A stretch of 64,000 nucleotides of DNA from an uncultured Christensenella sp. (GTDB lineage: Bacteria > Bacillota > Clostridia > Christensenellales > Borkfalkiaceae). Position 1 is the first letter of the stretch, and the number at the start of each line of letters is the position of its first letter. Both the position numbers and the translations under genes were made by a program. Under the pieces are notes generated by a model that was not told the origin of the DNA, ran no database searches, and worked only from the letters and a program-made list of their open reading frames with translations. The DNA lies in assembly GCA_910586065.1 (NCBI GenBank), contig CAJUGI010000001.1, forward strand, positions 229,616-293,615. The letters are read 5' to 3'. Positions 43,487-52,529 of this stretch are shown piece by piece.

Positions 43487-45439
43487 TTGGAAAGAGAAAA
43501 TTCAAGCACGGTTTCACAAAAGAACAGACGGCGCACGGGCAATTCAAACGGAAACAATTCAAAAAACAGCGGAGCAAAATCGCCCGATACCGTAATGGTA
43601 AACGTTAATCACGGTTCGCAACGCGGTCAAAAACCTCATTCCGCAGTCGCACAAAAGCGCTCCCGCGGGCAAAAATCAACCCGCGAGGTAAATCAGCGGA
43701 CAAGCGCTCAAAAGCAAAAGCAGTCACCGCAATCCGCCGCACCGCTCTTAAAAGCCGTAAAACAACCTCGTAAAAACGTCAGGCAGAACGATAAAAAGAC
43801 GGTTAAAATAGTATTTTTAGGCGGCGTCGGCGAAATCGGCAAAAATATGACGGCAATCGAATGCGGCGACGATATAATAATAATCGACGCGGGTGCGATT
43901 TTTCCCACCGAGGAAACCCCGGGTTTCGACCTTATTGTTCCGGACATTACTTATTTAATAGAAAACCGCAAAAAAATCCGCGGTCTTTTACTCACACACG
44001 GTCACGAGGACCACATAGGCGGAGTACCTTATCTTTTAAAGGAGCTTAAAGTTCCCGTAATCGGCACGCGCCTTACCTTGGCGCTCGTCGACAACAAACT
44101 CCGCGAGCACCGCATAAACGACGCAAAAGAAATAACGGTCGAACCCGGTCAGATAATTCAGCTCGGTTGTTTCAAAGTTCGGGCAGTAAACGTAAATCAT
44201 TCCATAGCCGGCTCTCTTGCTTTTGCCGTTCAAACTCCGCAGGGCGTAATATTCCACAGCGGCGACTATAAAATAGACTTAACGCCCGTTGCAGGCGAAC
44301 CCATCGATTTAAAGACCATTTCCGATTTCGGAGCGTCCGGAGTTCTTTTGTATATGGGCGAAAGCACCAATATCGAGCGCGCGGGTTTCACCATGAGCGA
44401 AACGGTGGTAGGCACTACTCTGGACAGGCTTTTCGGCGAAAATTTAAAACGCAGACTCATTGTGGCGACCTTTGCCTCAAACGTCCACAGACTTCAGCAG
44501 ATAATCGATTTAGCCGTAAAATATAAGCGTAAAGTCGCGCTTTCGGGCAGAAGTATGCTCAACGTAGTTGAAGCCGCCGAAAAAATCGGTGAAATCAACA
44601 TTCCCGACGGTGCAATCGTAGACGTCTCCAAAATCAGGAATATGCGCGACAGCGAAATAGTAGTCGTTTCAACCGGCAGTCAGGGCGAACCGATGAGCGC
44701 GCTTTCCCGTATGTCCAACGGCGACAATCAGTTCGTAACCGTCGGCGACAACGATACGGTAATAATTTCCGCTTCTCCAATCCCCGGCAACGAAAAACTC
44801 GTATACAGGGTAATAAACAATCTTTATAAGTTGGGCGCGGAAGTCGTTTACGAAAGTCTTCAAAATATCCACGTTTCGGGGCACGCCTGCAGGGAAGAAC
44901 ACAAAATTATGCATCATCTCTTAAAGCCCAAATTCTTTATCCCCGTGCACGGCGAATACAGACATCTTAAAAAGCACGCCCAGCTTGCCGAAGAACTCGG
45001 CATGCAGTCCGGACGCATAATAATTCCCGACATAGGAAATTGCGTTCTTTTAACGGCGCACGGTATGAAACTCGGCGAAAGCGTGCCTTCCGGCTCGCGC
45101 TTAATCGACGGCGAGGGTATCGAGGACGAAAAGGCAAGCACGGTAATAGAGGACAGGCGCCAACTTTCCGAAGAGGGCTTGTTCATAGTTTCCATAACGG
45201 TTTCGGGCGGCGTTGTTCTGGGCGAACCGGCAATCAATTCGCGCGGATTTGTGTTCGATTTCCACCGCGATTACGACAGGGAAATCCGCTCGGTTATAAA
45301 CCGCGCAATCGACGGTTACGACCTCTCTCTGGGCACAGTAGACGAATTAAAACGCACCATAAAGCGCTCGCTTGCAAATTATTTGTATAAAAAGACCAAG
45401 CAGTCCCCTATGATTGTGCCGGTAGTAGTAGAACTTTAA
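43487..45439 (+). CDS. rnj: Ribonuclease J with a basic, low-complexity N-terminal extension (start uncertain)
   Basis: Core 'IVFLGGVGEIGKNMTAIE', 'LLTHGHEDHIGG' and 'HVSGHACREE'. I prefer TTG 43487, which lies 9 nt after GGAG and downstream of the hairpin. The ORF track starts at 43439. No start codon lies close to the core, so an extension of at least ~65 aa is real. Confidence 0.9.
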   Translation: MERENSSTVSQKNRRRTGNSNGNNSKNSGAKSPDTVMVNVNHGSQRGQKPHSAVAQKRSRGQKSTREVNQRTSAQKQKQSPQSAAPLLKAVKQPRKNVRQNDKKTVKIVFLGGVGEIGKNMTAIECGDDIIIIDAGAIFPTEETPGFDLIVPDITYLIENRKKIRGLLLTHGHEDHIGGVPYLLKELKVPVIGTRLTLALVDNKLREHRINDAKEITVEPGQIIQLGCFKVRAVNVNHSIAGSLAFAVQTPQGVIFHSGDYKIDLTPVAGEPIDLKTISDFGASGVLLYMGESTNIERAGFTMSETVVGTTLDRLFGENLKRRLIVATFASNVHRLQQIIDLAVKYKRKVALSGRSMLNVVEAAEKIGEINIPDGAIVDVSKIRNMRDSEIVVVSTGSQGEPMSALSRMSNGDNQFVTVGDNDTVIISASPIPGNEKLVYRVINNLYKLGAEVVYESLQNIHVSGHACREEHKIMHHLLKPKFFIPVHGEYRHLKKHAQLAEELGMQSGRIIIPDIGNCVLLTAHGMKLGESVPSGSRLIDGEGIEDEKASTVIEDRRQLSEEGLFIVSITVSGGVVLGEPAINSRGFVFDFHRDYDREIRSVINRAIDGYDLSLGTVDELKRTIKRSLANYLYKKTKQSPMIVPVVVEL

Positions 45440-45457
45440 TTACAAACCTTATATACT

Positions 45458-45596
45458 TCACATAACTTTGTTGCGCTGTGGCAACTTTCATTCATTTACC
45501 GCAAAGTAAACTCCTTCAAGTTTTTCTCTCGCGTCTCGTTATGCCCGCATCTCTAAGGTTTAAGGTTGCCGTAATCGGTTACCGCAATTATAATTT
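45458..45596 (+). repeat. Conserved intergenic element, copy B (fills the intergenic space upstream of the O-methyltransferase gene)
   Basis: Paralog of 33604..33760 in the same orientation. It also runs from just after one gene's stop codon to the next gene's start. Confidence 0.75.
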
Positions 45597-46259
45597 ATGG
45601 AATTCTCTTACGCACACAAAAACACAAGCTGCGGCGAGCGTCAGACAGCAACCGCGCAGTTCAACGTTCCGCGGTTAAGCGCGCAAGTTCAGGAACTTCG
45701 CCTTGCGGCTTTCGAACGGGAAATTCCCGTATCCGACGATGAAACGCTGTGCCTTCTTAAAACTCTGCTTACCGCAAAGCAGCCGCAAAATATCCTTGAA
45801 CTCGGCACCGCCGTGGGAATATCCGCCGCAGTTATGCTTTCAGTATGCCCTAACGCTAAGGTTACCACAATCGAGCGCGACGAAAATTTTTATAGCGAAG
45901 CGTTAAAAAACTTTAAAAGTCTCGGCATATCCCAAAGTGTAACGGCAATCGCGGGCGACGCCGGTGAAGAAATCCAAAAGCTTGACGATAAGTTCGACTT
46001 CATTTTTCTCGACTGCGCTAAGGTGCAGTACGTAAAATATCTTCCGTGTCTGAAACAGCTCTTAACAAAAGGCGGCATTCTAGTTGCGGACGATATTCTG
46101 TTGTTCGGCTACGTCACGGGCGAAAAGGAAGTTCCCAAAAAGCGAAAAATGCTTGTCGAGCACGTAAAGGAATATATAACCGCCGTAACAACGGATAACG
46201 AACTTCAAACCACAATTTTGAACGTCGGCAACGGCGTTGCGTTATCGGTAAAATTATGA
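45597..46259 (+). CDS. Class I SAM-dependent O-methyltransferase (YrrM/TrmR-like)
   Basis: 'ILELGTAVGISA', 'DFIFLDCAK' and 'GGILVADDILLFG'. It is followed by a U32 peptidase gene, as in the B. subtilis yrrM-yrrN-yrrO locus. No obvious ribosome-binding site precedes ATG 45597. Confidence 0.8.
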   Translation: MEFSYAHKNTSCGERQTATAQFNVPRLSAQVQELRLAAFEREIPVSDDETLCLLKTLLTAKQPQNILELGTAVGISAAVMLSVCPNAKVTTIERDENFYSEALKNFKSLGISQSVTAIAGDAGEEIQKLDDKFDFIFLDCAKVQYVKYLPCLKQLLTKGGILVADDILLFGYVTGEKEVPKKRKMLVEHVKEYITAVTTDNELQTTILNVGNGVALSVKL

Positions 46260-46387
46260 AAGCGCCTTACCTGCGCAAAATACGTAATCCGCGCCGAAGT
46301 CACGGATACGGACGGAAACGCGTTGCAAAAGCTTTATGTTAAAATTGACGGTTTTCCGCAATCAAAAGAAATATTGGATAAATTGTT

Positions 46388-47581
46388 ATGAAGGCAGAAC
46401 TTTTAGCCCCCGCCGGCAACTTTTCAAAATTAAAAACTGCAATTTACTATGGCGCGGACGCGGTTTACGTCGGCGGCAAGGATTTTTCTTTGCGCTCTTT
46501 TGCCGATAATTTCACGCGTGATGAACTTGCAAACGCAATCACCTACGCTCATAACCTCGGCAAAAAAGTTTACGTAACCGCAAACATATTCGCAAAAAAC
46601 GCCGATATGCCCCTTTTGGAGGACTATTTCAAGTTTCTCGAAAGCGCAAATGCGGACGCGGCTATAATATCCGACAGCGGGGCGGTTTACGCCGCCAAAA
46701 AATCCGCTCCCAAGCTCAACATACATATTTCCACGCAAGCTAATTTAACCAACAAATACGCGGTTAAATTCTGGCGCGAGCAGGGCGCCGCGCGTGTGGT
46801 TCTCGCCCGTGAGCTTTCCTTAAAAGAAATTAAAGAAATTCACGAATTCGTGCCGGAAATCGAGCTTGAAGCCTTCGTTCACGGCGCAATGTGTATTTCA
46901 TATTCGGGGCGGTGTTTGCTTTCAAACTACCTCGCAGGGCGCGAAAGCAACCGCGGCGAGTGTGTTCAGGCTTGCCGTTGGAATTATCAGATACGCAAAA
47001 AGGACAACCTTTCCGACAGCGGCTGGCTCGATATCGAAGAGGATGAAAGGGGCGCTTACATTTTAAATTCCAAAGATTTGAATATGAGCGCACACTTGCA
47101 GGAGCTTGAAGATTCAGGCGTAAGCTCCTTCAAAATCGAAGGCAGAATGAAGTCGGAATACTACCTTGCAACAGTAATAAACGCTTACCGCCGCTGTATG
47201 GACGCAGGTTTTAGCGACGTAACCGAGCGCGAGCTTAAAACGGCTTTTCACCGCGATTATACGCAGGCTTACGCCTTCGGCGAAAATAACAAAACGGTAA
47301 ATTACGACGACAGTCAGGCTAAGGGCGACTGCGATTATATCGCAAACGTAATTTCTTCAAACGGCAAAACGGCTGTTGTTGAAATGCGCGGCAGATTTAA
47401 AGTCGGCGACGCGCTCGAAGTTTTGTCGCCGAACGCAGATTTCGGCAAGTCGTTTACGGTAAAAACCGCCAAAACTAGCGCGGGCGAAGACGTAACCGAC
47501 TGCAAGCTCGTGCAGGAAAATTATACAATAAACTGCCCGTATAAGTTAAATTGCGGCGATATTTTGCGCCGCAGAAAATAA
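46388..47581 (+). CDS. Peptidase U32 family protein (YrrO/TrhP-like)
   Basis: 'ELLAPAGNFSKLKTAIYYGADAVYVGG' and the U32 signature 'EAFVHGAMCISYSGRCLLS'. Confidence 0.88.
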   Translation: MKAELLAPAGNFSKLKTAIYYGADAVYVGGKDFSLRSFADNFTRDELANAITYAHNLGKKVYVTANIFAKNADMPLLEDYFKFLESANADAAIISDSGAVYAAKKSAPKLNIHISTQANLTNKYAVKFWREQGAARVVLARELSLKEIKEIHEFVPEIELEAFVHGAMCISYSGRCLLSNYLAGRESNRGECVQACRWNYQIRKKDNLSDSGWLDIEEDERGAYILNSKDLNMSAHLQELEDSGVSSFKIEGRMKSEYYLATVINAYRRCMDAGFSDVTERELKTAFHRDYTQAYAFGENNKTVNYDDSQAKGDCDYIANVISSNGKTAVVEMRGRFKVGDALEVLSPNADFGKSFTVKTAKTSAGEDVTDCKLVQENYTINCPYKLNCGDILRRRK

Positions 47582-47604
47582 ATTCGAATATTCGGGAGAA
47601 GAAA

Positions 47605-48090
47605 ATGAGTTTACCTTATAAAAGCTGGTCGGGAATGAAAAAACAACTCGAAGAACGGCTTGCAGATTGCTTAAAAGGCAAAATTACATATTATTTTACA
47701 AGCTACGACAAGTGCGGCAGGGCTGCGATACTTTATAACAATAAAGAGCTGTTAAAGTGTGCTACAGCGGATAGCTTTAAGCAGTCCGACTTGAAATACG
47801 AATGTGCTTACGGCGCGGAATACGAAAAGGCGTTCAATGAAATTTACTGTCCTGCCGGAGCAATAACCGAGCTCAATTTTTTGCACTATGCCGCCGTATT
47901 TTTTAATACGGACGTTTTTGCCGCGCTCGACTCCGAAAATCTACTTTTAAGAATTTTTGCGGTTCTCGACGGACGCGTCGGCAAAAGAACGCTTAAAAAA
48001 CTTTACGATGAGGGAAATTACAAAAATTTGCCCGATTCGGTTAAGCAGTTTTACGAATTGAGATTCAAAGAAGAAGGTATAGCTCCGTGA
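47605..48090 (+). CDS. Conserved hypothetical cytoplasmic protein (161 aa)
   Basis: The start is trimmed to MSLPYKSW, with GGGAGAAG upstream. The stop overlaps the aroA GTG (GTGA). The 'LDGRVGKRTLKKL...FYELRF' tail looks familiar but I cannot name the family with confidence. Confidence 0.6.
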   Translation: MSLPYKSWSGMKKQLEERLADCLKGKITYYFTSYDKCGRAAILYNNKELLKCATADSFKQSDLKYECAYGAEYEKAFNEIYCPAGAITELNFLHYAAVFFNTDVFAALDSENLLLRIFAVLDGRVGKRTLKKLYDEGNYKNLPDSVKQFYELRFKEEGIAP

Positions 48091-49343
48091 ATTATATTAT
48101 TAAAAACGTTTACGGTAAAACGAACGGTAAAAAAATAAGCGTAACCGTGCCCGGGTCAAAAAGTATAACAGCCCGTGCATTGCTTATTGCGGCGGTTGCC
48201 AAAGGCGAAAGCACTCTTTACGGCGCGCAGTTTTCAGACGACTGCGCAACTTTTTTAAATTGTTTAAATAAATTGGGCATAAAGAGCGAAGTAAACGGCA
48301 CAACGGTTAAAATTCTGGGCTGTAACGGCGTTCTGCCCGAAAAAAACGCTGAAATATACGTTGGGAGCGCGGGAACGGCGGCGAGGTTTATACCCGCCTT
48401 GCTTGCATTTCAGTCTGGTAAGTACACTTTAACTTGTTCGGACCAGATGAAAAAACGCCCCGTAAAGCCTTTGATAGATACGTTAAAGGCGCTTGGTGCA
48501 AGGTTTGAATTTCACGAAAAGGAAAATTCTTATCCGTTTACGGTTTACGGCACGGCAAATCCCGCAGAAAAAGCGGAAGTGGATATAACCGAAAGCAGTC
48601 AGTTTTTATCGGCTCTGTTGATTTCGGCGGTATGCGCGGGTAAACGGCTTAAAATAACCGCCCGCGGCAGCCACGGTTTGGACTACGTTAATATGACTGT
48701 GAAAATGATGCGTGAGTTCGGCGCAACCGTAAAAACGGAAAAACCGCAAAAAAATTTGCAAAAGAACGGCAAAATCGAAAATAAATACGTGGTTTTTGGC
48801 AATTACGAGGCAAAAACTTACAGAGTGGAACCGGATTTTTCGGCGGCGTGCTATTTTTACGCAATGAACAAAATTTTAGGCACACGCGTTTTTGCGGAAG
48901 GCGTAACCGAAAACGGATTGCAGGGCGATTACAAATTTATTAAACTTTTGCAGAATTTTGACGGCGGAAAGATTGATATGAGCGAATTTTCGGACCAGGC
49001 GCTGACTCTTGCCGCAATTGCTCCGTATTTTAAAAATCCCACCGAAATTCGCGGAATAGAGCATATTCGCAGGCAGGAATGCGACAGAATTGCCGCAATT
49101 GTCTATAATTTAACCGAGATGGGCGTAAAATGCGAGGAATTTGCGGACGGAGTTAAAATTTTTCCTTCGCAGCCTAAGCCAGCGAAAATTAAAACTTTCG
49201 GCGACCACAGAGTTGCAATGAGTTTTGCCGTTACCGGTTTGCGCGCGGACGGAATTGAAATTGAAAACTGCGAAGTTTGCGCAAAAACCTTTGCAAATTA
49301 CTTTGAAACACTGGACGAAACGGTTAAAAAAGTGACCGAATAA
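48087..49343 (+). CDS. aroA: 3-phosphoshikimate 1-carboxyvinyltransferase (EPSP synthase)
   Basis: 'VPGSKSITARALLIAAVAKGESTL', 'GSAGTAARF' and 'DHRVAMSFAV'. GTG start. Confidence 0.9.
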   Translation: MNYIIKNVYGKTNGKKISVTVPGSKSITARALLIAAVAKGESTLYGAQFSDDCATFLNCLNKLGIKSEVNGTTVKILGCNGVLPEKNAEIYVGSAGTAARFIPALLAFQSGKYTLTCSDQMKKRPVKPLIDTLKALGARFEFHEKENSYPFTVYGTANPAEKAEVDITESSQFLSALLISAVCAGKRLKITARGSHGLDYVNMTVKMMREFGATVKTEKPQKNLQKNGKIENKYVVFGNYEAKTYRVEPDFSAACYFYAMNKILGTRVFAEGVTENGLQGDYKFIKLLQNFDGGKIDMSEFSDQALTLAAIAPYFKNPTEIRGIEHIRRQECDRIAAIVYNLTEMGVKCEEFADGVKIFPSQPKPAKIKTFGDHRVAMSFAVTGLRADGIEIENCEVCAKTFANYFETLDETVKKVTE

Positions 49344-49469
49344 ATATAGATTTTTATGGACAAATCAGACCTTTTTATGTAATTTTCAGACATCGGGCTT
49401 TTTAAAAAACGTCATTAAAACGTATTTAATTTTGAAAAAACGTAAAAAACCATTAAAAACGGCAGAGGT

Positions 49470-50780
49470 GTGAATACGGAACGCATAATTATTCATTCGG
49501 ACTTAAACAACTTTTACGCTTCGGTTGAGCGCAAGCTTCATCCGGAGCTTTGCGGCGTGCCTGTTGCCGTTTGCGGCAGCAAGGAAGAGCGCCGCGGGAT
49601 TGTGCTTGCAAAGAGCGAGGAAGCAAAGCGCGCGGGAGTTAAGACGGGCGACACGGTGTGGCAGGCAAAGAGAAAGTGCCCCGATATTGTGTGCGTGCCG
49701 CCGCACTTTGACGAATATATGAAACACTCGCGGCTGGTTAAAAAAATTTACGCACGGTATACCGATTTGATTGAAGGTTACGGCATAGACGAATGCTGGC
49801 TGGACGTAACTAAATCCACGAAAATTTTTAAAGAGTTTTCGCCTATGTACACGGAGGTTGAAGGGGTAAGATATTTTACCGACGCTTATCTTACTTTTTT
49901 GGGGGACACTATAAGGGAGGAAGTTAAAAGCGAAATAGGCGTGACTGTGAGTTGCGGAGTTTCGTTTAACAAGGCGTTTGCAAAGCTGGGCTCCGATTTA
50001 AAAAAACCGGACGGCACTTCGGTTATATCAAAACTGAATTTTAAGTCGGTGGTGAACGGTTTGCCCGTGGAAGATTTGCTGCTTGTGGGCAGGGCTACAA
50101 AGGATAAACTTTACAGAATGGGGCTTTCGACAATAGGCAGGCTTGCGGCGGCGGACGATAATTTAATTAAGACGGAGTTCGGAAAATTCGGCGAAACGCT
50201 TTTAAGGTACGCGCGCGGCGAGGACAATGACGAAGTGAAGCATATGGACGATAAGCGCGAATATAAGTCCATAGGCAATTCGTGCACTTATCCGCAGGAC
50301 GTTACGAGTTTTGAGAGGGTGGAAAGGCTTTTGTACGTGCTTGCGGAATCTGTTGCGGCGCGGCTGAGGGAGAGCGGACAGGGGCTTGCAGACACAGTGC
50401 ACCTGTGGGTGCGGTTTGATAATTTAAGCGATTTTTCGGTGCAGAAAAAAGTGCGGCATACAGCGCTTTGCGGCGAGATAGCAAGGAGCGCGTTCGAGCT
50501 CTTTAAAGCAAACGTGGCGCCGCCTTTTAAAGTGCGCGCACTGGGCGTAACCGTTTCGGGGTTCGATAACGGAACTTCGCAGATTACGCTTGACGAAGAG
50601 TTCGGGAACTACAAAAAGTTTGAGGCGCTTGAAAAATGCGTGGACGAAATCCGCAAAAAGCACGGATACGATAAAGTACAGCGAGCGAATGTTGCGGCGG
50701 AGCCTTCGCAGATGCGCAATGATATAAAAAATTCGCACCTTATTAAGCCTGCGAACTTCGAGGACAGGGAAAACAAGTAA
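49470..50780 (+). CDS. dinB: Y-family DNA polymerase IV
   Basis: 'IIHSDLNNFYASVE', 'GIDECWLDVT' and 'SCGVSFNKAFAKLGSDLKKPDG'. GTG start after GGCAGAGG. Confidence 0.9.
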   Translation: MNTERIIIHSDLNNFYASVERKLHPELCGVPVAVCGSKEERRGIVLAKSEEAKRAGVKTGDTVWQAKRKCPDIVCVPPHFDEYMKHSRLVKKIYARYTDLIEGYGIDECWLDVTKSTKIFKEFSPMYTEVEGVRYFTDAYLTFLGDTIREEVKSEIGVTVSCGVSFNKAFAKLGSDLKKPDGTSVISKLNFKSVVNGLPVEDLLLVGRATKDKLYRMGLSTIGRLAAADDNLIKTEFGKFGETLLRYARGEDNDEVKHMDDKREYKSIGNSCTYPQDVTSFERVERLLYVLAESVAARLRESGQGLADTVHLWVRFDNLSDFSVQKKVRHTALCGEIARSAFELFKANVAPPFKVRALGVTVSGFDNGTSQITLDEEFGNYKKFEALEKCVDEIRKKHGYDKVQRANVAAEPSQMRNDIKNSHLIKPANFEDRENK

Positions 50781-50796
50781 AAATAAGTGACGTAAA

Positions 50797-50825
50797 GCCG
50801 CCCGCGCAGGTGTTGCGCGGGCGGC
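50797..50825. terminator. Bidirectional terminator hairpin, copy 1 of 3 identical copies
   Basis: gccgcccgcgc-aggtgtt-gcgcgggcggc. It serves dinB (+) and the first HTH gene (-). Identical copies lie at 51621 and 52421. Confidence 0.8.
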
Positions 50826-50838
50826 TTGCTGATTTTGT

Positions 50839-51306
50839 TTAAGTTTCTCTGCCGAGGAGACCGTCGATGGTCATTTTTAAATATTTGGAAAGGATTATCG
50901 CCTTATCCAGCGACGGCGTAAATTTTCCGTTGTACCAATCGTCAAGGCGGTTTAATGAAATGCCTGTTTCCTTACTTATTTTATAGCGCGTTAATTTGTT
51001 GTCTGAAAGAATTTGTTTAAATCTTTTATCAAACGGCGGGGTTTTGTTAAACACTGTCTCTTCGGGGAACGGGATAAAGCCGAGTAAAAAATCAATAGAA
51101 TAATTATAGCAATCTGCGATTTTTATTAAGTTTGAAAGTTTTGGCAGGTATATCTTGCGTAAATATCTGTAAACCTCGGAAAAAGCTATGTCAACCGATT
51201 TTGCAAAATCTTCTACCGTAATTTTTTTGTCATCGATAAGTTCTTTGATATTGTCGCCGAAATCAGATAAAATATCCATAAATTGCTCTCTCGGATTTTT
51301 TATCAT
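50839..51306 (-). CDS. Transcriptional regulator with two tandem XRE/Cro-type HTH domains (copy A)
   Basis: Two HTH units are present ('ITVEDFAKSVDIAFSEVYRYLRK...LIKIADCYNYSIDFLLG' and 'LTRYKISKETGISLNRLDDWYNGK...LSKYLKMTIDGLLG'). The protein ends LLGRET, like copy B. Confidence 0.8.
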   Translation of the reverse strand: MIKNPREQFMDILSDFGDNIKELIDDKKITVEDFAKSVDIAFSEVYRYLRKIYLPKLSNLIKIADCYNYSIDFLLGFIPFPEETVFNKTPPFDKRFKQILSDNKLTRYKISKETGISLNRLDDWYNGKFTPSLDKAIILSKYLKMTIDGLLGRET

Positions 51307-51331
51307 TATTCCCTATTACTTACAAAATTAC

Positions 51332-51360
51332 TTGCTTTTTGAAGTAGTAGGGTATATAAT
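51332..51360 (+). promoter_or_regulatory. Promoter of small gene A with overlapping imperfect palindrome
   Basis: TTGCTT-N17-TATAAT. The inverted repeat CCCTATTACTTACAAA (51311-51326) / TTTGAAGTAGTAGGG (51338-51352) brackets the -35. Confidence 0.6.
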
Positions 51361-51399
51361 TTCATTACACGAAATGCAAAAAAATTAAGGAGTTTTGGA

Positions 51400-51612
51400 A
51401 TGGATAAAAGACAAAAGCAAAATCACATATTTGTAAAGGACAGCGGAGTGGAGGCGTTGGACGGCAGAACGGACAGTTTGAGTTTGCTGTTGGACTTGAA
51501 AGTTCTGATTAAGGAATATTACACTGCAACGTTTACGGCGGACGAGAGGGGGCTTGTGATAGGTTTTAACAACGGTCAGAAATTTAAAATATCGGTGGAA
51601 GAAATAAAGTAA
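51400..51612 (+). CDS. Small acidic protein (70 aa), unknown function (copy A)
   Basis: AAGGAG ribosome-binding site. 61 of the last 64 residues are identical to copy B. Confidence 0.7.
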   Translation: MDKRQKQNHIFVKDSGVEALDGRTDSLSLLLDLKVLIKEYYTATFTADERGLVIGFNNGQKFKISVEEIK

Positions 51613-51620
51613 CTTAAAAA

Positions 51621-51649
51621 GCCGCCCGCGCAGGTGTTGCGCGGGCGGC
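51621..51649. terminator. Bidirectional terminator hairpin, copy 2
   Basis: Identical to 50797..50825. The 63 nt from 51621..51683 equal 50797..50859. Confidence 0.8.
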
Positions 51650-51662
51650 TTGCTGATTTTGT

Positions 51663-52100
51663 TTAAGTTTCTCTGCCGAGGAGTTCGTCTAATGTGCAGT
51701 TAAAATATTTTGCGAGTTTAATTAAGTTGTCAACGGTAGGAAACCGTTTGCCGTTGTACCAGTCGTCAACGCTCTGTTTTGCAAAATGAATTTCCTGACG
51801 GAACTTATATCTTGTTAAATTTTTATCCTTCAATAGATGCCTGAACCTTTCAGAAAACGGCGGCGTCGGTTTGAGCGTTATATTTTGATTTTCGGACAAC
51901 CCCAAAATGAAGTCTATTGAACACTTAAAATAATCCGCAATCAAAACCAGATTTGGTAAAGTCGGTAAAATTTCTTTGCGTAAATATTTGTAAATAACCG
52001 AACGGTCAATTTTTGTTTCATCGGCAAACGCTTTGGGCGTTAAATCATTGTCAAAAATCAATTCGGATAAATTTTCACCAAAACTTTCTACAATTTCCAT
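51663..52100 (-). CDS. Transcriptional regulator with two tandem XRE/Cro-type HTH domains (copy B)
   Basis: Same architecture as 50839..51306, with roughly half the residues identical by eye. The last six codons (LLGRET) are identical. Confidence 0.8.
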   Translation of the reverse strand: MEIVESFGENLSELIFDNDLTPKAFADETKIDRSVIYKYLRKEILPTLPNLVLIADYFKCSIDFILGLSENQNITLKPTPPFSERFRHLLKDKNLTRYKFRQEIHFAKQSVDDWYNGKRFPTVDNLIKLAKYFNCTLDELLGRET

Positions 52101-52147
52101 AACGTACTCTCTTAAATTAATTATTCCTTACGTTTGCCTAAAAATAC

Positions 52148-52176
52148 TTGCAATAGGCAAACATTAGGCTTATAAT
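52148..52176 (+). promoter_or_regulatory. Promoter of small gene B with overlapping perfect 8-bp inverted repeat
   Basis: TTGCAA-N17-TATAAT. TTTGCCTA (52133-52140) and TAGGCAAA (52154-52161) flank the -35. Confidence 0.6.
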
Positions 52177-52208
52177 ATAAGTACACAAAATTAATAAGGA
52201 GTCTGTAT

Positions 52209-52412
52209 ATGAAGAAACAAAATCACATATTTGTAAAGGATAGCGGGGTGGAGGCTTTGGACGGCAGAACGGACAGCTTGAGTTTGCTGTTGGATTTAAA
52301 AGTTCTGATTAAAGAATATTACACTGCAACGTTTACAGTGGACGAGAGGGGGCTTGTGATAGGGTTTAACAACGGTCAGAAATTTAAAATAACTGTGGAC
52401 GAGATAAAGTAA
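52209..52412 (+). CDS. Small acidic protein (67 aa), unknown function (copy B)
   Basis: AAGGAG ribosome-binding site. About 92% nucleotide identity to copy A by eye. Confidence 0.7.
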   Translation: MKKQNHIFVKDSGVEALDGRTDSLSLLLDLKVLIKEYYTATFTVDERGLVIGFNNGQKFKITVDEIK

Positions 52413-52420
52413 CTTAAAAA

Positions 52421-52449
52421 GCCGCCCGCGCAGGTGTTGCGCGGGCGGC
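52421..52449. terminator. Terminator hairpin, copy 3
   Basis: Same hairpin, here followed by tttttatt. Confidence 0.85.
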
Positions 52450-52529
52450 TTTTTATTATTGTTTTTATCTGCAATACGGCGACAAAGGAGATTATGCGGC
52501 TTTGCCGCCCTTTGAAAGGACAGAGGTGA

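Noticed and set aside
49344-49469. LexA/Cheo box upstream of dinB.
   Set aside because: No GAAC-N4-GTTC-like sequence is present. There are only AACGT direct repeats in an AT-rich region.
50797-52449. Three identical 29-nt GC-rich palindromic sequences as a CRISPR-like array.
   Set aside because: Their spacing is about 800 bp and the intervening DNA encodes genes. They are terminator hairpins carried by a segmental duplication.
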